From a virus (taxonomy: Duplodnaviria; Caudoviricetes), in the IMG/VR virus record IMGVR_UViG_3300018080_000189, positions 1 to 61,963 of that record: DNA of 61,963 bases, one strand, 5' to 3'. Both the position numbers and the translations under genes were made by a program. The notes beneath the pieces were generated by a model. It had not been told where the DNA came from, ran no database searches, and saw only the letters and a program-made list of their open reading frames with translations. Below, piece after piece: positions 16,619-25,064 of this stretch. The stretch's first letter is position 1. Every line of letters begins with the position of its first letter.

Positions 16619-17431
16619 CTATCCGAGTTTGACCCTACCGCCTTCGTAAGTCCACGGCCCGGAATTCAAGAACTCATCCTCAAACACTTTCTTCACAATA
16701 AACGCACGATTAGGATCATCAGATTTCAGTCGCGCTAACGCTTCCGGTATGAGTTTAGCCTTTGGTATCCCATCGGGATAGTTCTGTAGCGTCTCGTCAT
16801 CCGACAATACCTCCAGTACAAACGCCTCAGCAGCGGCGTTCACGTCTGTGGTAGATTCGGTTTTGGTCTCGGTTTTTGCAGCGGTTTTGGGCTTTGATTT
16901 GGAGCTGGTTTTGGCCCGGGTTTTGGTAGTGGTTTTGGCTTTCGTGTCTGCGTCCCAGGGGTATTTGATGATTTTGGTGATTGTGAGTATGGTATTATCT
17001 CGCTTTTTACCTTCATTATTTATATTTAGCCCCTCCCGTTTGGGTGCGGCTACCCTATTGACGTGACATTCCATTCCTTCCAACACGGATATATCCTCAT
17101 CAATCTTACTCTCAGGAAATCCAGCATTGACAAGTGATGCTAATAATAGCATACCATTAGATGTAGTGACTAATTGAGTTGCTTTACCTATAGGCACTAA
17201 TTCTTTACCATCATCGCTAGGAATCCAGTCTAATGATTTGCCAACCGACCAATACTGCTGGATTGGGTCTGACCCGTCCATTACATCCAATGATAATTTG
17301 ATTGTCGGCACTGGTTGCTGACTACCGTTGTAATCAAACATCGCAAATCGTGCCTCGACTACTTTTACATCGACATCATCTAATAATCCACCGCCTTCTA
17401 CTGCTTGACTTGGTTTTAATGATACTCCCAT
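16619..17431 (-). CDS. Putative single-stranded DNA-binding protein
   Basis: Beta-rich N-domain, K/T-rich linker, small C-domain; lies between helicase and recombinase; GGAGG RBS. Confidence 0.45.
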   Translation of the reverse strand: MGVSLKPSQAVEGGGLLDDVDVKVVEARFAMFDYNGSQQPVPTIKLSLDVMDGSDPIQQYWSVGKSLDWIPSDDGKELVPIGKATQLVTTSNGMLLLASLVNAGFPESKIDEDISVLEGMECHVNRVAAPKREGLNINNEGKKRDNTILTITKIIKYPWDADTKAKTTTKTRAKTSSKSKPKTAAKTETKTESTTDVNAAAEAFVLEVLSDDETLQNYPDGIPKAKLIPEALARLKSDDPNRAFIVKKVFEDEFLNSGPWTYEGGRVKLG

Positions 17432-17513
17432 TTTACCCTCCTGTTGATTATGGGTTGTTGTTATTAGGCGCCTTTGATTGGCGCCGCTCTGTGTAACTTA
17501 CGCTGTTATGTAG

Positions 17514-17627
17514 TTAATAGCTTGGCCATGGTCCTGACTCTGACCCTGACCATGACGCTGACCATGACTTTGCCCCTGACTTCGATCCTGATCCTGCCCT
17601 TAATTTTCTTTTTCTATACTTCAACAT
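17514..17627 (-). CDS. 37-aa peptide with (S-x)n repeat
   Basis: MLKYRKRKLRAGSGSKSGAKSWSASWSGSESGPWPSY; GGAGG RBS. Confidence 0.45.
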   Translation of the reverse strand: MLKYRKRKLRAGSGSKSGAKSWSASWSGSESGPWPSY

Positions 17628-17632
17628 ACTGA

Positions 17633-19192
17633 TTAGTACCTCCCTCCTTTAAGTCTCTCTGACGGTTCCGGTATCGTCCTTACGGTCTTCACCGCGTCTA
17701 ACCACCATTTCGGTGCGAACTTCTCGTACTTCCTCACGAACCACACAAAATGATCATCAATAATCATGTTCTCGCATTGGTCATCCTGATACCTCATCCC
17801 CCTGCCACAAGTCTGAACTAAATTCTGCATCGCCATACAACAATGATAATCTGGATCTCTTTCTTTACGCGCCTTGTCCACCGCTCGTCGCGCATCCGGG
17901 AACGGTATCTTACCTATGATCTGATACTCGCATTGATCATAGGGAAAATCCCACCCCGTCACCACTGATGGCGAGCACAATATCGCTGGTTTGAGAGCAT
18001 TGCGGAACTTCTGTAGCGACGCCAGCATCCCCCTAGAAGCGTGGGTATAGAAATATTCCGAGTATTCACTCACATTAGTAATCCGGTCGCGTCGGGCATA
18101 ACTCACTGTGTGTATGATACCTTTTCGGTCAAGCCTCTTGGAGATTATCTGGTCGATTCGATTACACCAGAGTTCATAACCGAGATTGTCTATGCGAAAA
18201 TCCACTCGTGTAGTAGGGATGTAGTATACCTGTCTCCGCTCTGTTGGAAAATATGACGGGTATTCCTTAGTGAGTGAATTGTCTTTAGGCACTCCTAGCA
18301 TGTTTAGCGTGCTCTCGCCCATGGTAGCGGATGTCAACAAAATCCTATCAATACCCCTGAATAACATCGGTTCAGCGAACTCCGGTGGCCACAACGGATC
18401 GAACGTGATGTAATCATGAAAATACTCCACTACCCATTGAGCAGGGTTTTGCTCAGTCAGGCGCTTTAGTTTCATTTTGAGCTTATGCAAGCTTTTAAAA
18501 CTCTCGCTGGTCAGATTCCTCACAGCCCCCGCGTGTTTCTGTAGTCGCTCTTTGATAGCCACATCGATAGTGTGGTATGCGTAGTTGGCCCATTCCCAGT
18601 GGTTAGCTGACTTCTCAGGCCATTTGATCCCTGTTTTCGTCAGCGACTTCCTAGTCAAATACACTGACAGACTATCGGTCAGGTGATTGACTGCGTTGTG
18701 AGCCTCGTCACATACCAATAGGTCAAAATCCCCCAGTATACCGGGTTTGTGTGAATGCCAGAATGAGTAATTCGCTACCACTATATCGGACACTTTGGCG
18801 CGGCGTATCGCGTCGTGGTAAGGACATCCAGGTTCGCGCTTATAATTGCAAAATGATCCGAAATTGCACGGAGCCCACTCACAAGACGTGTGTGTTTTGG
18901 GACATTCATAGGCGGATTTTCCTTTTACCGTTACCAGCCCTGGCTCGTCGCTGAAGTCGGTCATTAACTGATCCTGGAGACCTTTGAGTGATGTGAGGAT
19001 TAAGGTACGCCCACTGCCCAGCATTGCAGATGTCACGTAGCAGAGAGACTTGCCAGACCCGGTAGGTTGGATTTGGGTTAGAAATCGCTGCTTGTGGTCT
19101 ACCATATCCATTATGGCGTGGACCTGCCCACTACGCCATTTGCGAAATTTTGATGGTAGTCCGAGATCGACTGGTGATGGTAAATAAATCAC
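17633..19192 (-). CDS. DinG/XPD-like SF2 helicase with Fe-S-type Cys cluster
   Basis: PTGSGKS, CPY, VVANY, DEAH, SAT, GWDFP...KIPFP, QTCGRGMR. Confidence 0.9.
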   Translation of the reverse strand: MIYLPSPVDLGLPSKFRKWRSGQVHAIMDMVDHKQRFLTQIQPTGSGKSLCYVTSAMLGSGRTLILTSLKGLQDQLMTDFSDEPGLVTVKGKSAYECPKTHTSCEWAPCNFGSFCNYKREPGCPYHDAIRRAKVSDIVVANYSFWHSHKPGILGDFDLLVCDEAHNAVNHLTDSLSVYLTRKSLTKTGIKWPEKSANHWEWANYAYHTIDVAIKERLQKHAGAVRNLTSESFKSLHKLKMKLKRLTEQNPAQWVVEYFHDYITFDPLWPPEFAEPMLFRGIDRILLTSATMGESTLNMLGVPKDNSLTKEYPSYFPTERRQVYYIPTTRVDFRIDNLGYELWCNRIDQIISKRLDRKGIIHTVSYARRDRITNVSEYSEYFYTHASRGMLASLQKFRNALKPAILCSPSVVTGWDFPYDQCEYQIIGKIPFPDARRAVDKARKERDPDYHCCMAMQNLVQTCGRGMRYQDDQCENMIIDDHFVWFVRKYEKFAPKWWLDAVKTVRTIPEPSERLKGGRY

Positions 19193-19195
19193 TGA

Positions 19196-19438
19196 TCAGA
19201 CCCCCCAACTCGGTGTCGAATGTGGCACCTCTACGATACTACTGCAAGTGGTGCTACTGTTTGGGTTGTAGTTTTTATATCGGTTTTCGACAAAATCTTT
19301 CTTACAAATTAAACAGTTAGGTATTGCCCTATCTCTTATGTATTTACAACCATCTTTCATATCGTTGTCTGGTGGGCACCTATCACATCTATCCAAAAAA
19401 TCAGGTTTCATATAGTCCACTAGTTCTTGTAATGTCAT
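19196..19438 (-). CDS. Small Cys-rich protein (related to the 20201 and 20424 ORFs)
   Basis: MT.....CPP...C...CxxC pattern. Confidence 0.55.
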   Translation of the reverse strand: MTLQELVDYMKPDFLDRCDRCPPDNDMKDGCKYIRDRAIPNCLICKKDFVENRYKNYNPNSSTTCSSIVEVPHSTPSWGV

Positions 19439-19663
19439 TATCGTATATCCTCCTCTGATCTAGGTTTTGGTGTTTTACTCTCTAAAACAGACCTGTAGTA
19501 TACCATGAATAACTATCGCAGATCCCACATAAACTAGCCCTTTTTCTATTGGATTGGTTGCGTTAGTCCATGCCGCCGTTCCAGAACAGCCTATCAATAA
19601 TACTGGCAATACTACTAGTATTAACATTTTCAATCTTTCCATTATCGTATATCCTCCTCTGAT
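19436..19663. repeat. 24-bp direct repeat CATTATCGTATATCCTCCTCTGAT (19436-19459, 19640-19663)
   Basis: Exact match; on the - strand it is an RBS plus ATG unit. Confidence 0.9.
19475..19642 (-). CDS. Small lipoprotein-like protein (55 aa)
   Basis: MERLKMLILVVLPVLLIGC, lipobox LIGC. Confidence 0.55.
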   Translation of the reverse strand: MERLKMLILVVLPVLLIGCSGTAAWTNATNPIEKGLVYVGSAIVIHGILQVCFRE

Positions 19664-20208
19664 ATATCTGCGTTTAACATCTCCTCAATCCCCTCACTCT
19701 CACTCTCACTGATCGCCTTTGTACTCCCTAGACTCGCTTTCGGCGCGCACTTTAATAACCCCGCATATCTCTCTCTTATCGTTCTACTGAATTTATCTTT
19801 CCAATACCCCTCTACCATCTCATCCACATACCCCAGGGTACGCAGAACGCACTTAATCGCTTCGTTTCTCGCTCCGCTCTGGGTGAAGTACGATACCCGC
19901 TCGCCCAGGTTCTTTACAACCCTCTCAAATCCCTGCTGGATCTTCTCTTCCTCTAACATATCCACCATTGATTGGATCTGGTGAAGTATTGACCCCTCTG
20001 GGATCTCAAATGTTTCAAGCCAGATGAAATGCCGGAACAGCGCGTCTCTGGCGATCTCGCCTTTTGAGACATAGGGGAATTTAGGAGATTTCACTATGAT
20101 GTTCATTTGTCGTATCCAGTTTGGGTCCATGCGGACCTGGAATTTTGCGCTATCGCCCTCTTCACCGGTTGCGGGGTGAAGTCGAGGTTCGTTTGTGTAT
20201 TTACCCAT
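19642..20208 (-). CDS. Hypothetical protein with possible ribbon-helix-helix N-terminus
   Basis: FQVRMDP...YVSKGEIARDAL. Confidence 0.5.
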   Translation of the reverse strand: MGKYTNEPRLHPATGEEGDSAKFQVRMDPNWIRQMNIIVKSPKFPYVSKGEIARDALFRHFIWLETFEIPEGSILHQIQSMVDMLEEEKIQQGFERVVKNLGERVSYFTQSGARNEAIKCVLRTLGYVDEMVEGYWKDKFSRTIRERYAGLLKCAPKASLGSTKAISESESEGIEEMLNADISEEDIR

Positions 20209-20419
20209 TCGACACCCCCTCCGTCCTATGCTGCTTATAGCCCCCTCTCATAAACTTTTTCCAACATTCCAAGCATCCACTGATGCCTTTCTCGCACTCA
20301 TTAGCATTCATGCCTGGTAAACATTCTCCAAGCGTAACCATAGGGTCATCAGGCCAATCGTCATTATAACTAAAATCCAAAGAATCGGCTATGTATTCTA
20401 ATAGTTTTTCAGCAGTCAT
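20201..20419 (-). CDS. Cys-rich paralogue
   Basis: ECLPG..C...CLECWKKFMRGGYK; start moved to MTAEK after the GGAG RBS. Confidence 0.65.
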   Translation of the reverse strand: MTAEKLLEYIADSLDFSYNDDWPDDPMVTLGECLPGMNANECEKGISGCLECWKKFMRGGYKQHRTEGVSNG

Positions 20420-20423
20420 GATA

Positions 20424-20609
20424 TTACTCCTCCTTTGGTTTATTATATGGTACTTTCTTGTATCCACCTCTCCAGAATCTAGTCCAGCACTCCACACATT
20501 TAATCTGTTTTTCACAAAACCCATTGGGCAATCGTGATCCTGGCGGGCACTCATCTAGAGACACCACTCTTAGCCTAGCTGCTATTTTTATCGCTTCTTG
20601 CGCAGTCAT
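20424..20609 (-). CDS. Cys-rich paralogue
   Basis: ECPPG..C...CVECWTRFWRGGYK. Confidence 0.65.
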   Translation of the reverse strand: MTAQEAIKIAARLRVVSLDECPPGSRLPNGFCEKQIKCVECWTRFWRGGYKKVPYNKPKEE

Positions 20610-20613
20610 AGTC

Positions 20614-21195
20614 CTATTTCCTCCTCAGTCTGGTAATCAGCTTACAATACCTCCCAAACTCGTCCTTGGTAATGTCCATTACCGGAATATCCAAATACGT
20701 GTAGTTCTTGAGTTCTTGGTGTAGTGCGTGGTGGAGTACCTTTTTGTGCATGTCGTCGAATAAAATAAAAGTCTTCTCATTACAATACTTTTCGAGAAGT
20801 TCCCCATAGTAGTATACTCGGCGTCGGGTCGTTCCCAGATCCATAAACACTATGTCTACAGGGCCCTTGCACCTACTATCCAATAAATTCCAAGGAACAA
20901 ACCCGCCAGTGTCGAAACACAGCTTGTTATCGCAGTATTTTTTGGTTTTTACCAGCCAGCCGGCATTATCATCCACCGACAATATCTCCAGGCTCAACTT
21001 TCCAAAATATGACCTCAATACATACGAACTAAATCCGGTACCTAGATCTAGGACACTATCGCCAGGTGTGCATAACCTCAATAACAACTCCAAGGTCTTG
21101 AGCGATGGGGCCATCTCTGAGACGTTCTTCAGGTACTCTCTATAGGGCTCCTGCATACGAACCCTGAAATCTTGTATTACTTCGTTATTGGTCAT
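20614..21195 (-). CDS. Class I SAM-dependent methyltransferase
   Basis: VLDLGTGFSS, SVDD, DIVFMD, LFDD. Confidence 0.8.
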   Translation of the reverse strand: MTNNEVIQDFRVRMQEPYREYLKNVSEMAPSLKTLELLLRLCTPGDSVLDLGTGFSSYVLRSYFGKLSLEILSVDDNAGWLVKTKKYCDNKLCFDTGGFVPWNLLDSRCKGPVDIVFMDLGTTRRRVYYYGELLEKYCNEKTFILFDDMHKKVLHHALHQELKNYTYLDIPVMDITKDEFGRYCKLITRLRRK

Positions 21196-21443
21196 GATCT
21201 ACTCCAATCATCCGGTAAATTATTAAGTGCGGTTAAATACTCTTCTAAAGTACATTTATATGTACTCTCTAAACGCTTTTTACATTCCTCTTTTGCCTTC
21301 TCTTCAGTCAATCCATCTCTCATTTGAAATACCACCCAATCGCAATTGTGCATTGGCGATCCATAATAATTAGGGCACGCCGTCACCCCTGGCTTAACTA
21401 GTATTCTTTTGACTCCACATATATAACAGTTATCATCGTCCAT
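21192..21443 (-). CDS. Cys-rich hypothetical protein
   Basis: CYIC...CPN...C. Confidence 0.5.
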   Translation of the reverse strand: MDDDNCYICGVKRILVKPGVTACPNYYGSPMHNCDWVVFQMRDGLTEEKAKEECKKRLESTYKCTLEEYLTALNNLPDDWSRS

Positions 21444-21648
21444 TATCCATCTCCCTCATGCGATTCCAGCACCAGATAGCGTCTTTGCGTAAGATATTGG
21501 GGTGTCCCTTACGGCCACACTTAGGACATTCTACCCATATCGAACCGAGGTAATCCTCTGATATTATCTCCGCCTTTTCTACTACCGGGTTTGCGCCGCA
21601 TAAACATTTAGTTATTGGTAATTCTGTCATTACTATTTTGTTCCTCAT
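21433..21648 (-). CDS. Lar-like zinc-ribbon protein
   Basis: CLCG...VECPKCG...AIWCWN. Confidence 0.55.
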   Translation of the reverse strand: MRNKIVMTELPITKCLCGANPVVEKAEIISEDYLGSIWVECPKCGRKGHPNILRKDAIWCWNRMREMDNGR

Positions 21649-21838
21649 ATCTATTATACGCTTCCTCTAAGCACTCACCACACACCGGCATGGCGTATGG
21701 ATTTGGTGAAACTGTACCGCCTTCTTTGTCTGGATCGAATATTCTACCACAATCACATTTTAATTTACCGCCCGGCTGAGACATTTTATCATACTCCAGT
21801 TCAGCTAAACGCTCCATTCTTTTTATTATATCTAACAT
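21608..21838 (-). CDS. Zinc-ribbon hypothetical protein
   Basis: CDCG...CGEC. Confidence 0.55.
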   Translation of the reverse strand: MLDIIKRMERLAELEYDKMSQPGGKLKCDCGRIFDPDKEGGTVSPNPYAMPVCGECLEEAYNRYEEQNSNDRITNN

Positions 21839-21839
21839 T

Positions 21840-22139
21840 TTATTTCACCACCCACAATGTAATTAATGTCGCTAATATACTAACCATCCCTCCTAGTGCG
21901 AGATATATCCGAATGCTTAATCCACCGTGTTCCTCTGTCATCTTCTGCCCTAACCTCGCTGTCTCTGTCTCTATACTCCCTTGGATACCAGTAGTCTGAG
22001 CGTGTATCGCCTCTACAAGCCTGTTGGTAGATTCTTCTAATCGGGTCAAAAACCATTTCTGCTGCTCCAGTAGTTTAGTGTTCATTTCCACTTGGGATTT
22101 GTAATTCTCCATTAGCATCTTTAATTGCTCGTCACCCAT
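21840..22139 (-). CDS. Coiled-coil protein with C-terminal TM segment (holin/XhlA-like architecture)
   Basis: Heptad region followed by IYLALGGMVSILATLITLWV. Confidence 0.45.
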   Translation of the reverse strand: MGDEQLKMLMENYKSQVEMNTKLLEQQKWFLTRLEESTNRLVEAIHAQTTGIQGSIETETARLGQKMTEEHGGLSIRIYLALGGMVSILATLITLWVVK

Positions 22140-22714
22140 TTGTGTGCTTCCTTTTTTAGTTTCTGTTTCATCTGCCAGAGTCTTCTTGATACCGATTCCC
22201 GCGTTATATGTAGATTATCGCTAATCCACTCTAACGACTTAGGGGCGCAATCTATACCATAGTAGTGTATTAACACCTTGCGTGTAATGTCAGTGGGAAC
22301 CTTATCCAATAACTGCTCTGCTAGTATCTTGTCTTCTACCGATCCCGTGCTTGGTATATTGACAGCTGTGTCTAAGTCGTAATGATACTTCTTGTAGTCT
22401 CGTATACGGGCTCTGTGTATTTGATTGAGGCACGCATTACTTACTACTCTGGTATAGTACCTAACTGGAAATTCTCTATCTATTAATCCACTTCTCTTTA
22501 TCGCCAGTACTAATTTTATACATGCCATCTGCACCATATCATCGTAGTTAGTATGCGTCCTGTCGTCGCCCTTTGAACGAATCTGGACATTAAACGTACT
22601 GCAAACACTGTGCACAATCGGCATAAGCGAGTGTAGTAGGGCCTCTTGTTGGGCAGTTAGCGATAAATCCTGTATTGTACTAAAGTATTGAGTTTGTCTC
22701 ACGGTTGCACCCAT
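22121..22714 (-). CDS. Sigma70-family (ECF-size) factor
   Basis: DDMVQMACIKL...VVSNACLN; SLEWISDNLHITRESVSRRL HTH. Confidence 0.75.
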   Translation of the reverse strand: MGATVRQTQYFSTIQDLSLTAQQEALLHSLMPIVHSVCSTFNVQIRSKGDDRTHTNYDDMVQMACIKLVLAIKRSGLIDREFPVRYYTRVVSNACLNQIHRARIRDYKKYHYDLDTAVNIPSTGSVEDKILAEQLLDKVPTDITRKVLIHYYGIDCAPKSLEWISDNLHITRESVSRRLWQMKQKLKKEAHKWVTSN

Positions 22715-23715
22715 TTGTCATACCAATCCTCTATACTGATGATTTGTTGATCTTTTATATGTCCACGATGATCAGCGCATTTCGCCACGATGTCGTCTAC
22801 GATCTTCGCAGCGGTTTTTTGGTCTAGTTTACAGTGCCGGGAGAATTTCTTTGCTCTGTCTTTGCCACCAAACATATAGGTAGCTATGATCTGATTACGT
22901 TTATAGTCTACAAACTCATAATTGTATCCACGTTTCTCAGCTAGATGATGTAAAGCTCTAGTCGGGTATATGCTGACGGTTTTCCCTAACACCGCGAGAG
23001 TGAAATTGATGAAATTTTCTCCCCCACCATAGATACCAAGTTCTTTAGGCCATCCACCAAGTAGATCATAAAGATAGCGCGACATCATCATACCACACGT
23101 AGACATACAAGGTACTATATAAGGCTCTTCTGCCTTTCTATAATTAGTAAATGAGTAATGATACAGTGCTTTATCAGGCTGGGATACTAGTTTATAAATT
23201 AACTGCTTACCATCTCTTTCTAGGAAATACGCTAGAGGCATGTGTAACGTGCCATCGAGCATCGCTGTTGGATGCTGTGTATAATATTGAAACATATCTA
23301 CCAGTGATTGCGGTCTAAGAGCACAATGTGCGTCTATGAAGAATAATATACTTCCGGTGGAGGCTGCTACACCAGCGTTTTTAGCATTCCAATGTGAGAG
23401 TTTATCTGAATACTCTACATATTTGAGCCATGGATGTATTCTTGAGTAAGAATTCACACGATCACCACCTGGATCTTCTCTGTTGTAGGGGGGCCTGTAT
23501 TTGTTGGCTTCTCCTCTAGTTATCTTACGAATTTTGCCGCAATCAGGACAGGTATAAGAATAATCAGCCTGTGCTGCGACTTTACTATTCCAATTATTTA
23601 CCATAATCACTTCAAAATCTATATCTGTATCACAGAGTTGATTCCAAAGTGATACTATTGTGAATAAATTCTGTGGGTATTCCCCACAGAATGGTGTTAT
23701 TATTGATAGTTTCAT
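22699..23715 (-). CDS. GT-A glycosyltransferase with polypeptide-GalNAc-transferase-like motifs
   Basis: SIITPF; NAKNAGVAASTGSILFFIDAHC (DxH); PCMSTCGMMMSR...LGGW...IYGGGEN...HH. Confidence 0.85.
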   Translation of the reverse strand: MKLSIITPFCGEYPQNLFTIVSLWNQLCDTDIDFEVIMVNNWNSKVAAQADYSYTCPDCGKIRKITRGEANKYRPPYNREDPGGDRVNSYSRIHPWLKYVEYSDKLSHWNAKNAGVAASTGSILFFIDAHCALRPQSLVDMFQYYTQHPTAMLDGTLHMPLAYFLERDGKQLIYKLVSQPDKALYHYSFTNYRKAEEPYIVPCMSTCGMMMSRYLYDLLGGWPKELGIYGGGENFINFTLAVLGKTVSIYPTRALHHLAEKRGYNYEFVDYKRNQIIATYMFGGKDRAKKFSRHCKLDQKTAAKIVDDIVAKCADHRGHIKDQQIISIEDWYDKWVQP

Positions 23716-23716
23716 A

Positions 23717-23911
23717 TTATAATCCTAACCATTTAAATAATAAATAATATTTAGCTAATCTAACCATAGTATGTATTAAGCTTTCGCTATAATCAAAATT
23801 CAAATACTCCTTAGGCAGCATTGAACTCGAATATGAAGTACACCATGTACTTGTCATTGTGGAACTGGTAGATCTAGTCCACGTTGTAGTTTTGGTGGTG
23901 TTTGTTGTCAC
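23717..23911 (-). CDS. Small protein with Ser/Thr-rich N-terminal half
   Basis: MTTNTTKTTTWTRSTSSTMTSTWCTSYSSS; GAGGAG RBS. Confidence 0.55.
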   Translation of the reverse strand: MTTNTTKTTTWTRSTSSTMTSTWCTSYSSSMLPKEYLNFDYSESLIHTMVRLAKYYLLFKWLGL

Positions 23912-24237
23912 TTATTACTCCTCTCCAGTAATCCTTTCGGTGTATAATTACATTCATGATCCCCAAATCGTTGCATATATGTCCACCAACATCGGTTGTC
24001 TACCCAATAATGACAAAAGCGGCAAACTGGGTTTATGGGGATATCAATAACTATCTCGTCAGTGGGTATGTTTTCTGGTTTCTCAAACAGCATACAATCC
24101 ATATACCCCAATACCGTACCGGAAATCATCCCGACCGCCCAGTGCCAATACGGCAGTGTAATGTTGAGTTTGAAATACATCAATGCCGGTAGGGCGAAAG
24201 ATATTAGTATTAGTACAATATATATTAGCGTGTTCAT
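23908..24237 (-). CDS. Membrane protein with C-terminal Cys cluster
   Basis: Two TM segments, CRFC...C...C. Confidence 0.55.
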   Translation of the reverse strand: MNTLIYIVLILISFALPALMYFKLNITLPYWHWAVGMISGTVLGYMDCMLFEKPENIPTDEIVIDIPINPVCRFCHYWVDNRCWWTYMQRFGDHECNYTPKGLLERSNK

Positions 24238-24238
24238 A

Positions 24239-24430
24239 CTATTTCTTTTTCCGTTTTATGTAGTTATCAATAGCTGTACGTACATTACATACTGCATCTG
24301 GTAGACTAGTTTCATGAAGTCTCCACCCTCTTCCAGTTATGGAATCCCGCAATATAACTGTACCTGTATACTTTGCTTCATCAGTTAGTTTTTGTAAAAA
24401 ATCTAATCTATTCTTATCTGTTATTTGCAT
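24239..24430 (-). CDS. Hypothetical protein
   Basis: ORF with AGGAG RBS. Confidence 0.55.
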   Translation of the reverse strand: MQITDKNRLDFLQKLTDEAKYTGTVILRDSITGRGWRLHETSLPDAVCNVRTAIDNYIKRKKK

Positions 24431-24442
24431 ATCGTAATGCTC

Positions 24443-24649
24443 CTATTTTTTCAACCACCTGCGGATCAAGGTTTCGATTACCAAAAACGCCATGCGCTTG
24501 ATGAACCTACCGACTGTTCTAGTCCTGGATTGCTTCTCTGGTATTGGCGTCGTGTTTATTTCTTCCCATTTGTCTTGACCTTCTTTTTTCATATATACTG
24601 ATCCTTTTCCTCTTAGTATTGTCATTTTAGTGTACCCTATTGCCGCCAT
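24443..24649 (-). CDS. Hypothetical protein
   Basis: ORF. Confidence 0.45.
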   Translation of the reverse strand: MAAIGYTKMTILRGKGSVYMKKEGQDKWEEINTTPIPEKQSRTRTVGRFIKRMAFLVIETLIRRWLKK

Positions 24650-24807
24650 CGCTGGGGCTTATCGACGCGGCTCGTGTACTAGGCTCTTCATCGAGAAATA
24701 CCAATACAGTGCCGGTACCATCCCTGAATGCCTGGATTAGAGTGGATATTTGAGCTACTTCTTCGGGCGATTCCGGGCGCACTAGCAAACAGGTTATTGA
24801 GTTGTTG

Positions 24808-25035
24808 TTAATGATTTCGGATTTCATACTGCTGGTCCTCCATTGATGGAAAATAAGGCTCGACATCACCAGTTATCAGAATAAAGCTATTATCCCCTGT
24901 TCTACTTATTGACTGCCCTGTTTTTTGTAAGTCTAGTTGTATTGAATACGCCTCCCAACGTCCACCTAAACAAAAAAGTAGACATGCAGCTGCTAACACG
25001 CAGATAACTGTTACTATTATCAGAAATAATTTCAT
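24808..25035 (-). CDS. Membrane-anchored hypothetical protein
   Basis: N-terminal hydrophobic segment; AAGGAG RBS. Confidence 0.5.
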   Translation of the reverse strand: MKLFLIIVTVICVLAAACLLFCLGGRWEAYSIQLDLQKTGQSISRTGDNSFILITGDVEPYFPSMEDQQYEIRNH

Positions 25036-25064
25036 AATCGACGACTCCTTTCCTTTTTCCAGGG

